A DNA stretch of 17,075 nucleotides from Elusimicrobiota bacterium. GTDB taxonomy: Bacteria > Elusimicrobiota > Elusimicrobia > O2-12-FULL-59-9. The stretch is taken from NCBI GenBank assembly GCA_016206405.1, contig JACQRQ010000269.1, forward strand, positions 1-17,075, written 5' to 3'. The notes under the pieces are model-generated. The model made no database searches, was not told where the DNA came from, and was given only the letters and a program-made list of their open reading frames with translations. Each line of letters starts with the position of its first letter. Within the stretch, counting starts at the first letter, position 1. The translations under genes were made by a program, and so were the position numbers. Below are positions 1 through 7,229 of this stretch, one piece after another.

Positions 1-52
1 ATGCCAACCCCGTCACGGATTCGCAAACGCTGATCCAAGGCGTTTGTCAACT

Positions 53-96
53 TTGTCAAACCAGGTACGGATTCTTGTCAAACCAGGTACGGATTC
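53..96. repeat. Perfect 22-bp direct tandem repeat, two copies (TTGTCAAACCAGGTACGGATTC), with partial copies upstream
   Basis: Read directly: 53-74 and 75-96 are identical. The half-motif TTGTCAA recurs at 44-50 and ACGGATTC at 15-22. It lies in non-coding sequence; the only ORF across it (44-244) opens at TTG and has no protein-like features. Confidence 0.9.
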
Positions 97-317
97 ACAT
101 TCTGAATTTTCTCAACCGCCGGATGCGCCGGACAAAGATTTAAACATTTCAAGCCTAATATCTGCCAAGCCTTATAAGTATATCAGACAACCGTTAAATT
201 TCAATTATAAAGATGCGGCCGAGAAGGGCACGGTTCGCCTATGAATAGAAAAATTCCAAAGACACGTAGTAGGCGGAGATTTATCAGATGATCGGGACGT
301 TCACCTTAAATTCTCAA

Positions 318-531
318 GGGGGATGCCGGCGGGTTTTGTTTATTAGGAGAAAAACTTAAAAGATGCGGCGGGTGGCACGGGGATGCCTGGAGAAAATCCT
401 CCCGGAAGACCGCTCCGACATGCAGCGAGTCTGAGGGAGGGAGGGGCGCTCTCGGAGGGCGCAGGGTGTCCGGTGGACACCCGCCTTGCGCGCCCGCGAC
501 TGCGGGCAGGCCCCGAAGGGGCCCCGTTTTT
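318..531 (+). ncRNA. Candidate structured small RNA or 3' UTR element; 5' boundary uncertain, family not recognised
   Basis: GC-rich segment where all six frames give only Arg/Pro/Gly-rich overlapping ORFs. Perfect 8-bp hairpin at 464-482 (GGGTGTCC-GGT-GGACACCC), extended by GGGCGCA 457-463 pairing with TGCGC(G)CCC 487-495. The segment ends in a plus-strand intrinsic terminator at 503-531. No plus-strand CDS follows. Confidence 0.3.
503..531 (+). terminator. Rho-independent terminator (plus strand)
   Basis: CGG[gca]GGCCCC-GAA-GGGGCCCCG followed directly by TTTTT (527-531). The T-run sits only on the plus-strand side, so the hairpin is directional. Confidence 0.6.
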
Positions 532-668
532 CGGAACATGCACCTCCGGTGCGCCCAGTGCCGGGAGCTCTGCGACTGGCCGGAAGGCGCCCCGGGACAG
601 GCCCTGACGCTTTAAGAAATTGGAGATACCTTAAACCCGGCGGCGTCACCCGTATGAAGGAAGTCAGG

Positions 669-3317
669 TCAACGTCGGAAGAGGCGTTTGAGGGACTTTA
701 ACCAGGGGCGCAGTTGGGAGACGGCCCACACGGCGGCGAGGGCGGCGAGGAGGCCGGGCAGGCCGGAGCGCATCGCGGTGACTTCCAGGAAATTGGAGGC
801 GAAATGCGCGACGGCGGGCAGAAGCATCGCGCTGCCGGCGAAATAATAAAGCCCGGCGAAGAACACACCCATGGCCGTTCTTCCGATCAAGGAGCTCCAA
901 GTGAAGGAATAGCCCTCGAGCACTTTCCCGAAATAGGGCAGGTCGATGTCGAAATTATGCACCACCGCGAAAACCACCGAGGAGAGGACCAGCGCCCAAA
1001 AGAGGGGCCTTTGCCAGAACTTGCCTTTAGGATCGAAGGCGGCGCGCGCCAAAATTTTCTTGAGGATTTGCAGGCCCGCGAAAGCGCCGCCGAACACCGC
1101 CAGCGCGGCCGGGTAACTTGCGGGGTTATTGATGAAGGTCAGGCCGTAAAGCAGCGCCGTCGTGCCGAGGATGGTGGGGATGCCCTTCTTGGGGTTGTCC
1201 AGAATGCTTTTGAAAAAGCCTTTGCGGAAGATGAACTCCTCGAGGGAGGCCGCCAGAAAAAGAACCGGGACCAGAAGGCCGGAGGGGGCCGCCAGCAGCT
1301 TTAAGAGCGATTGGGGCATCGTTTCCGCGCGCCCCTCAAAGAAATTCGGTATTTGGTAGGTGGCGATGCCGGCGAAGAAGGCGACGGCCCCGAAGAAAAG
1401 CCCGGCGGCGAGCAGAGGCAAAAGCCTTTTGGGGGTTTTGGAAGGCTTGTTCCACCACTTTCCCACCGCCTTCAAATGCCGGATCTGCCCTTGGAGCGCT
1501 TTTTTCCCGGCGGCGAAGATTTTCTGAAATATGTTTTGGCGAGGCGCCATCGAGGTTTCCCCGCCGCCGCCGACGAGGCGGCTGATCAGCTTTCCGGCGC
1601 CGTAAAGTCCGGCCCAGGCCGCCAGACCTATCCAGGCGTGGCCGGGGATGAAATCCTTAAGCGGGACCAACATGGAGGGATCGGCGGCATTGAGAACCGC
1701 CAGAAGCCATACCGAATAAAGCTGGTAGATTTGGAAAGCGCCGTCGAGAAGAAGGGGCGCCTGAAGGCTGCGGGTGCGGGCATAAAGGTAGATCAGGACC
1801 GCTTGAGTCGCCAGAAGCGACAGTGTGGCGAAAGGAGAGGCCCCGGGGCTCAGGAGCCAGTAGTTGAAGCCCATGGACGCGACCGCCGCCAGCCACGGCG
1901 CCGCCCGCGAACCGGGTTTTAGACGGTTGACGAGAACCTGCGTTCCCTGGAAGACGACCGCCAGAGACAGGAAATTTTGGACCAGGGACTGGGCGAGGCT
2001 GGGAAAGAAAAAGGTTCGCCAGGGAGAGTTCAGCAGATTGTCGATGACCGGGGAAGCGATGAAATCAGCCGCCGCCGCCGTCGCCGCCGCGGCCGAGGCC
2101 GCCGGGGAGAAGATGTGGGAAAATGAAAAGGACTGGAAAGGCACGGAAAGAAGGCTTCCCGCCAACAGGGAGGCCAGGAGGATGGGGGACCAAACCACGG
2201 CGGTGCGCAGCGCGCTGCGGAGCATGTTTTGAAAAGCGGTCCAATTTCCGTTTCCGGCGCGGGCCTCAAATCCCATGTGCTCTTGGAGCGTCCGCACGGC
2301 ATTTTGTCCGGTTGCGTAAACCAAGGGCGCGAGCTTCTCCACCCATTTCAAAAATCGGCCCGGCGTCTTGTTTGCGGGCGGCGGTTGCGCCAGGTTGCGC
2401 GGGTTTTTTAAGAACTGGTTCGCGGCGAATAAAACGATTCCCGCGATGAGGAGCCCCGGCACCAGGGAGTCCACGGCGGCAGGCAGCGTATGACCGATAG
2501 CCGGCAGCAATTTGGCCGCGGCCGGCAGGCTGGCGATCCCGAAGGCCGCGGTGCCGGCGACGCCGGCCCAAACGGAGATTTTATGGCTCCGGCTGGCGGC
2601 GGCCGGTTGTGAAATTTCAGGGACGCTCGGCTCGGCGCCACCCTGCGCAGAGCTGCGGGTGCCTTGAAGCGCCAGAGGCGCGGCGGAATTCTTCTGGGGA
2701 TGGATTGACGCGGCCGGGACCTGCTTTAATCCGTCGGCCGGACCCGCCGCGACCGCGAAGTCTTCGGCGCCGGCTTTTTGCCGCATTTGGGACAAAAGGG
2801 CTTTGGCGATTTCTTCGGCCAGTTTCGGAGATTTCCCGGAGGTTGGCGAAAAAGAGGGGTCGTGGCGGCGGACGATATCGGCCAGAATCCCGGAGGCGTG
2901 CCGGCGCGTGGCGGCGTTCTTGCTCTTTAACGCCTGAAGAACCGCCTCGATATCCTCCACGGCTCCGCTGCGGCCGAGCACGGTGAGGGCGCCCATTTGC
3001 GCGGCTCGCCACTCGGCCGCGCTCAGGCGCGCGTCCCGGGCGCGCGCGAGGAGAATTTCCCGGGTCCACTCCAGCAACGAGCCGTTTTTGAGGATGCGCG
3101 GTATTTGGATGGAGGCCGGGTCTTGCCGGACGGAGGCCAACTGCCTCAAGAAGGAGCGGCGGACGCGGGCGGAGGCGCGGGAGGGGGAATTGGAGGCGCC
3201 GCGTAAATGGCCTCGAGAACCGAGGGCGCCGGCCCAGGCTTGATAAAAGGCCGGCGCGGGGGCGTTGAGCCACAGGCTCAAAGACAGAACAAGTCCAACG
3301 CCGCGCTTTAGCTGCAT
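669..3317 (-). CDS. Large polytopic membrane protein: signal peptide, HEAT-like repeat exodomain, many TM segments and a C-terminal CPBP (CAAX/Abi-type) intramembrane glutamic protease domain
   Basis: All three CPBP motifs are intact in the last ~190 aa: LEEFIFRKG (EExxxR, about 1231-1252), FAVVHNF (FxxxH) and HFASNF (HxxxN). Start trimmed from 3491 to the ATG at 3315-3317, giving MQLKRGVGLVLSLSLWLNAPAPA, a typical signal peptide. The 58-aa upstream extension runs antisense into dus. HEAT/PBS-like repeat: GALTVLGRSGAVEDIEAVLQALKSKNAATRRHASGILADI. Confidence 0.85.
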   Translation of the reverse strand: MQLKRGVGLVLSLSLWLNAPAPAFYQAWAGALGSRGHLRGASNSPSRASARVRRSFLRQLASVRQDPASIQIPRILKNGSLLEWTREILLARARDARLSAAEWRAAQMGALTVLGRSGAVEDIEAVLQALKSKNAATRRHASGILADIVRRHDPSFSPTSGKSPKLAEEIAKALLSQMRQKAGAEDFAVAAGPADGLKQVPAASIHPQKNSAAPLALQGTRSSAQGGAEPSVPEISQPAAASRSHKISVWAGVAGTAAFGIASLPAAAKLLPAIGHTLPAAVDSLVPGLLIAGIVLFAANQFLKNPRNLAQPPPANKTPGRFLKWVEKLAPLVYATGQNAVRTLQEHMGFEARAGNGNWTAFQNMLRSALRTAVVWSPILLASLLAGSLLSVPFQSFSFSHIFSPAASAAAATAAAADFIASPVIDNLLNSPWRTFFFPSLAQSLVQNFLSLAVVFQGTQVLVNRLKPGSRAAPWLAAVASMGFNYWLLSPGASPFATLSLLATQAVLIYLYARTRSLQAPLLLDGAFQIYQLYSVWLLAVLNAADPSMLVPLKDFIPGHAWIGLAAWAGLYGAGKLISRLVGGGGETSMAPRQNIFQKIFAAGKKALQGQIRHLKAVGKWWNKPSKTPKRLLPLLAAGLFFGAVAFFAGIATYQIPNFFEGRAETMPQSLLKLLAAPSGLLVPVLFLAASLEEFIFRKGFFKSILDNPKKGIPTILGTTALLYGLTFINNPASYPAALAVFGGAFAGLQILKKILARAAFDPKGKFWQRPLFWALVLSSVVFAVVHNFDIDLPYFGKVLEGYSFTWSSLIGRTAMGVFFAGLYYFAGSAMLLPAVAHFASNFLEVTAMRSGLPGLLAALAAVWAVSQLRPWLKSLKRLFRR

Positions 3318-3323
3318 TGACTC

Positions 3324-3352
3324 ATTATAGCTGGAGGTCCTAAGGCTGTCTT
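3324..3352 (-). promoter_or_regulatory. Candidate sigma70-type promoter for the CPBP gene, positioned for a leaderless or near-leaderless transcript
   Basis: Minus-strand reading: AAGACA (3352-3347), 17-nt spacer, TATAAT (3329-3324), GAGTCA, then ATG (3317). No Shine-Dalgarno between the -10 box and the ATG. Confidence 0.35.
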
Positions 3353-3447
3353 GGGCCTTACGGCCTACGGAAGGACGGGTAAAGGACCTATCCGGTATTA
3401 GGCCCGGCGACCTACTTAAAAGCGATATAATGTAAAGGTAAATTAAT

Positions 3448-4422
3448 ATGCCTCTGCGCCTCGGCAATCTGGTCTTAAACGACTTGGTCATTCAATCCCC
3501 TCTGGCGGGTTTCTCGGACCTCGCTTTTCGGCTGATAGGCCGGGAAAAGGGCATGGAGTTCGCCTTTTTGGAGATGGTCTCCGCCAATGCGCTGGTGTTG
3601 AAAAACAAAAGAACGCTGGATTACCTCAAGACGGTCCCGGAGGACCGCCCGCTGGGAGCTCAATTGGTCGGCTGCGAGCCTGAAATCATGGGCGAAGCGG
3701 CGGCCGCCATCGAAGACATGCGCTTTGACTTGCTGGATTTAAATCTGGGCTGCCCCGTGAGAAAAGTGACGGCTCTGGGGGCCGGCGCCGCTTTGCTGAC
3801 CGAGCCCGCGAAGGCCGAGGCCGTTTTTAAAAGCGTGATGAAATCCGTCAAAAATATTCCGGTCACCGTCAAAATGCGCAAGGGCTATGCCGACGAGTCG
3901 GGCGACGAGGCGGTCGAGATGGCCAAGATCGCCGAAGCTTGCGGCATATCGGCCGTGGCCATTCACGGCCGCACGCGCGCCGCCGGCTACGGCTCAAGGT
4001 CGGACCCCGGAGTCATCGCCCGGGCCAAAGCGGCGGTCAAAATCCCGGTCATCGGAAACGGCGACGTGATGTCGGGGCAGGACGCTGTGCGTTTGCGGGA
4101 GCAGACCGGCTGCGACGCGGTGATGCTGGGCCGCGCGGGCATGGGAAATCCGTGGATATACGAAGAAGTGGCCCGAGCGTTGAGGGGAGAAAACGGCCGG
4201 AGCGCCCCCCCCGGCGCGGACGAAATCCGCGAAACCCTATTGAGGCATTTCGATCTCAAGCTCCGGCATCAGGCGGAACGCGTCGCCGTGCTGGAGATGC
4301 GCCAAATCGCGGGCCAGTACTCGAAAGGGCTTCCCGACGCGGCCGGTTTCCGCAGCCGGATGCACGGCGTCAACGGCGTCGCGGAAGCGCGCCGGGTCAT
4401 CCAAGAGTTTTTCCGGAGCTGA
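3448..4422 (+). CDS. dusB: tRNA-dihydrouridine synthase (Dus family, DusB/NifR3-like)
   Basis: 324 aa. N-terminus LVIQSPLAGFSDLAFRLI, catalytic-Cys loop DLNLGCPVRKV and HGRTRAAGY are the classic TIM-barrel Dus signatures. ATG at 3448 is preceded by AAAGG at 3434-3438. Confidence 0.9.
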   Translation: MPLRLGNLVLNDLVIQSPLAGFSDLAFRLIGREKGMEFAFLEMVSANALVLKNKRTLDYLKTVPEDRPLGAQLVGCEPEIMGEAAAAIEDMRFDLLDLNLGCPVRKVTALGAGAALLTEPAKAEAVFKSVMKSVKNIPVTVKMRKGYADESGDEAVEMAKIAEACGISAVAIHGRTRAAGYGSRSDPGVIARAKAAVKIPVIGNGDVMSGQDAVRLREQTGCDAVMLGRAGMGNPWIYEEVARALRGENGRSAPPGADEIRETLLRHFDLKLRHQAERVAVLEMRQIAGQYSKGLPDAAGFRSRMHGVNGVAEARRVIQEFFRS

Positions 4423-4469
4423 GAAGCGCCGGATTTACAAGCCTGGGGGCTTTTGATAGACTTGCCGAC

Positions 4470-6608
4470 ATGAAGCTTGCCCACCGTTTCTTCCTCATTA
4501 TCGTCGCCGCTTCGCTGCTTCCCTTGGGCCTGACCAGCCTATGGCTGTTTCAGTTCCAAAAAATGGCTCAGCGCAATTCGCTCGAGCTTCACCTCGGGGT
4601 GGCCCAGTTCAGCTCGGAGGCGATCACCAAGTACATCCAGGGACTCAACCGGCGCGTCGGCTTCATGCTGGACCTCGAGCGGGCTCGGGCCATCGGCCGC
4701 AACCAGCAGATGCTGGTTATTCAGCAGGCCATGGCCACCAACGCCGATTTCGCTTTTCTCTCCGTTGTTGATTCCCAGGGTCGGGAGATCGTCAAGGAGT
4801 ACAACGCCGACATCTACAAACAGGCGCAGGACTATCAGGCCCGGTCCGGGGAGGAGGTTTTCAAGAAAGCCCAAAAGGACCGGCGCGTTTCTTTGGGAGA
4901 GATCGTCATGCTCGAGGGCCGGCCGATGATGCCGCTGGTTTATCCGTTCCACTACGGCGGCTACGGTTATTTGATGGTGGACCTCCATTCCGTATTCCAA
5001 AACTTGACCGGCAGAACCCTGGGCACGACCGGGCACGTCATCGTCATCAACAAGTCGGGCCGCCCCTTGGCGCCTTTCGCCGACACGGTGAGCCGCTTGC
5101 CGGTGGACTCTCTCAAGGAGCTCATCGCGCAGGACGATGTGGGCATCTCGGACTATATCCCTTCCGAGGAGGGGGTTATGGTGGGCGCTTTCCAGCGCGT
5201 GACGGACATGCCCTGGGCGGTGTTGACCCTGCAATCGCGGGAAGACGCCTTTCTGGCCGCCGAGCAATTGACGTGGACCATCATCGGCTGGATAGGCCTG
5301 GTCGCTTTGGTGGCTTTTGGGGTCGCTTACGTGACGGCGCTGCGCGTGGCCGGACCCATCGAGCGCTTGAACGCCGGCGCCCTGCGCGTCGCCCAAAAGG
5401 ACCTCAGTAAGCCGGTTCCGGAAGTTGGCTGGGGGGAGCTCAAAGCTCTGGCGCGAAGCTTCAATCAAATGATGCAGGAGCTGCAGGCTTTCCACGACCT
5501 TCAAGTCGGGAAGATCGTGGAGGAAAAGACGCGGGTGGAGACTTTGGTCTACAGCATCCCCGATGGGATCGTCATGGCCGATTTTTCGGGACAGGTGCTC
5601 TACGTCAATAAGCCCGCGCTCAGCATGCTGGGCTACCAGGCTCCGGCGGCCGAGCCCGGATCGCTGGATATCTACAATGTCGTTCAGGAGGCCCGCATCC
5701 GCCCCATGCTGCAAAGGGTCATGCGGCGCGCGGCCCGCAAGGATCAGATGGAGATATCCATCAACGACAAGGCTTCCGGCCGGACCCGCCATTTCGCCGC
5801 CGCGGTGTCCACCGTCGCCGCCGCCGGCAAGGCCGATTTGGGCATTTTGCTGCTGATGCGCGACGTGAGCGTCGAGCGCGAGTTGGAGGAGATGAAGGAG
5901 CAGTTCTTCCATTCCTTGGCGCACGATCTGCGCGCGCCCATCACGGCCGTGCAAGGCTACGTGCGTCTGCTGGAAAAAAGCCTTCCGGCCGGGGAGAGGG
6001 AAAAGCGCTACTTTAGGTCCGTCTACGCGGGCACGCGCCAAGTTCTTGCTTTGGTCAGCGACATCCTGGATTCGGCCAAGATGAAGGAGGGCAAGCTGCC
6101 TTTGGAATTGAGCCGCATCGAGGTTGTGCCCATGCTGCGCAAAATCCAGGAGCTTTTCACGCCCGTCGCCTCCCAGAAAGGGATCCGCCTGGCGCTGGAA
6201 GGCGTCGAGAAAATTCCGGGCGTTTTGGAGGGCGACGCGCGCCTTATCGAAAGGGTGGTCACCAACCTGGTCAGCAACGCCCTAAAATTCTGCGGCTCCG
6301 GAGCGCGCGTCGCCTTGGAGTTCGAATCCATCCACCCTCAGCGCGTAGAATTGGCGGTGGCCGACACCGGCCCGGGAATTCCCCCGGACAAGCTCCAGGC
6401 CGTTTTTGAGCGATTCAAGCAGTTGGAATCCGGAGAGAAGCGCTCCGGCTTCGGCCTGGGGCTTTCCATCTGCAAGATGGTGGTTGAAATGCACGGGGGG
6501 AAGATATGGGTCGAATCGGTCCTGGGAAAGGGCAGCCGGTTCCGCATCCTTTTACCCCGAAAAGTGCCGGCCAAAACCGGCGAAACCGCTATTCCCCCTG
6601 CCGGATGA
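4470..6608 (+). CDS. Sensor histidine kinase (TM, ~240-aa extracytoplasmic sensor, TM, HAMP, PAS, HisKA, HATPase_c); no cognate response regulator in the window
   Basis: Start trimmed from 3939 to the ATG at 4470 (MKLAHRFFLIIVAASLLPLGL, TM1). The upstream 177 codons overlap dus out of frame and are Arg/Pro-rich. HAMP: PIERLNAGALRVAQKDLS...ELKALARSFNQMMQEL. PAS: VYSIPDGIVMADFSGQVLYVNKPALSMLGY. H-box: FFHSLAHDLRAPIT. N-box: VVTNLVSNALKF. G-boxes: DTGPGIP and GFGLGLSI. No obvious SD before 4470. Confidence 0.88.
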   Translation: MKLAHRFFLIIVAASLLPLGLTSLWLFQFQKMAQRNSLELHLGVAQFSSEAITKYIQGLNRRVGFMLDLERARAIGRNQQMLVIQQAMATNADFAFLSVVDSQGREIVKEYNADIYKQAQDYQARSGEEVFKKAQKDRRVSLGEIVMLEGRPMMPLVYPFHYGGYGYLMVDLHSVFQNLTGRTLGTTGHVIVINKSGRPLAPFADTVSRLPVDSLKELIAQDDVGISDYIPSEEGVMVGAFQRVTDMPWAVLTLQSREDAFLAAEQLTWTIIGWIGLVALVAFGVAYVTALRVAGPIERLNAGALRVAQKDLSKPVPEVGWGELKALARSFNQMMQELQAFHDLQVGKIVEEKTRVETLVYSIPDGIVMADFSGQVLYVNKPALSMLGYQAPAAEPGSLDIYNVVQEARIRPMLQRVMRRAARKDQMEISINDKASGRTRHFAAAVSTVAAAGKADLGILLLMRDVSVERELEEMKEQFFHSLAHDLRAPITAVQGYVRLLEKSLPAGEREKRYFRSVYAGTRQVLALVSDILDSAKMKEGKLPLELSRIEVVPMLRKIQELFTPVASQKGIRLALEGVEKIPGVLEGDARLIERVVTNLVSNALKFCGSGARVALEFESIHPQRVELAVADTGPGIPPDKLQAVFERFKQLESGEKRSGFGLGLSICKMVVEMHGGKIWVESVLGKGSRFRILLPRKVPAKTGETAIPPAG

Positions 6609-7221
6609 TGTTGACTTCGATCCGCCGGTTGGCGGCTCGATTCTCCTCGGTGTCGTTGGGCGCGCGCGGCTGATATTCCCCGTAGCCGATGGCGGCCAAG
6701 CGCTGGGGCGGCACTCCTTCCTGGATCAAGAGCTTTGTGACGCTGAAAGCGCGCGCGGCGGAGAGTTCCCAATTTGTCTTGTAAGGCGAGTTCGGCCCCA
6801 TCGGCTGGGCGTCGGTGTGGCCCTCCACCTGGATTTGATTGGGCAGCTCCTTGAGGGAGGCGGCCAGAGCCTGCAAGTGGGGCAGGGAGGCGGTCTTGAG
6901 ATCCGCGCTTCCGGAGTTGAACAGAACGGGCGCTGAAAAGGTGATGCGAAGACGGTTTCGATTGATATCCACCCGGGCGATCTGCTGAATTCCGTATTTG
7001 GAAAAAATCTCCTTCATCTTGTCGGATTTGCTTCCGAAGGCTTCCTCGAGAGCTTGGGCGCTCAGTTGATGCGTCATGTCCTTGTTGGTGGAGTTGAACA
7101 CGAACATGATGAGAAAGAAGATCATCAGGTAGCTCATCATGTCGCCGTAGGTGATGGCCCACAGGGCTCCGCGGTTGAGCTGATTTTCCAACTCGTCTTC
7201 CCGTTCCTGAAATATCGCCAT
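6589..7221 (-). CDS. motB: MotB-type stator subunit (single TM with conserved Asp plus OmpA-like peptidoglycan-binding domain)
   Basis: 210 aa. LWAITYGDMMSYLMIFFLIMFVF carries the channel Asp (D27, codon 7141-7143). OmpA-like C-terminus: GHTDAQP...NWELSAARA...NRRIEV. ATG at 7221 lies 8 nt after the motA stop, with AAGGA overlapping that stop. Confidence 0.88.
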   Translation of the reverse strand: MAIFQEREDELENQLNRGALWAITYGDMMSYLMIFFLIMFVFNSTNKDMTHQLSAQALEEAFGSKSDKMKEIFSKYGIQQIARVDINRNRLRITFSAPVLFNSGSADLKTASLPHLQALAASLKELPNQIQVEGHTDAQPMGPNSPYKTNWELSAARAFSVTKLLIQEGVPPQRLAAIGYGEYQPRAPNDTEENRAANRRIEVNIIRQGE

Positions 7222-7229
7222 AATCGTCC

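Noticed and set aside
15-23. ACGGATTCG, resembling the conserved 5' end of tmRNA (ACGGAUUCGAC)
   Set aside because: There is no preceding GGGG acceptor strand, no tag reading frame and no tRNA-like 3' end anywhere in 1-700. The motif is part of the local repeat family instead.
53-96. CRISPR array
   Set aside because: There are only two repeat copies, they abut directly with no spacers, and no cas genes are present in the window.
44-244. 66-aa plus-strand ORF over the tandem repeat
   Set aside because: It opens at TTG with no SD. The translation includes the duplicated repeat and AT-rich filler, and nothing about it is protein-like.
373-387. Sigma54-like element TGGCACGGGGATGCC
   Set aside because: The GG-to-GC spacing is 9 nt, not the canonical 10. 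The -12 region reads ATGC or TGCC rather than TTGC, and no plus-strand gene follows.
656-670. GAAGGAAGTCAGGTC, reminiscent of SRP RNA domain IV (GUCAGGUCCGGAAGGAAGC)
   Set aside because: The two half-motifs are in the wrong order, there is no flanking helix, and the stretch overlaps the stop codon of the CPBP gene.
306-701. Several mutually overlapping 66-97-aa ORFs on both strands in the GC-rich non-coding block
   Set aside because: All are Arg/Pro/Gly-rich and overlap one another in different frames, with no start-site context. The region is better explained as structured RNA or DNA.
714-1922. 196-aa and 203-aa plus-strand ORFs antisense to the CPBP gene
   Set aside because: Gly/Arg/Glu-rich shadow frames. 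The opposite strand encodes coherent TM helices and the CPBP motifs.
3426-3431. Perfect TATAAT 16 nt upstream of the dus ATG
   Set aside because: There is no acceptable -35 box at 16-18 nt spacing. Initiation from it would remove the AAAGG ribosome-binding site, so it may be chance in an AT-rich spacer.
3318-3491. 58-codon upstream extension of the CPBP ORF
   Set aside because: It runs antisense through the dus start and promoter region. A textbook signal peptide begins at the internal ATG at 3317, which also has a -10 box just upstream.
4439-4455. Hairpin AAGCC-TGGG-GGCTT followed by TT(G) between dus and the kinase
   Set aside because: A 5-bp stem with a 2-4 nt T tract is too weak to call a terminator.
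3939-4469. N-terminal 177-codon extension of the histidine kinase ORF (track ORF 3939-6608)
   Set aside because: It overlaps the well-supported dus gene out of frame and is Arg/Pro/Gly-rich with no domain features. The first TM helix starts right after the ATG at 4470.
4539-6041. 500-aa minus-strand ORF antisense to the histidine kinase
   Set aside because: A shadow ORF, typical of high-GC DNA. It is Arg/His/Gly/Asp-rich with no motifs, while the plus-strand frame carries complete HAMP/PAS/HisKA signatures.
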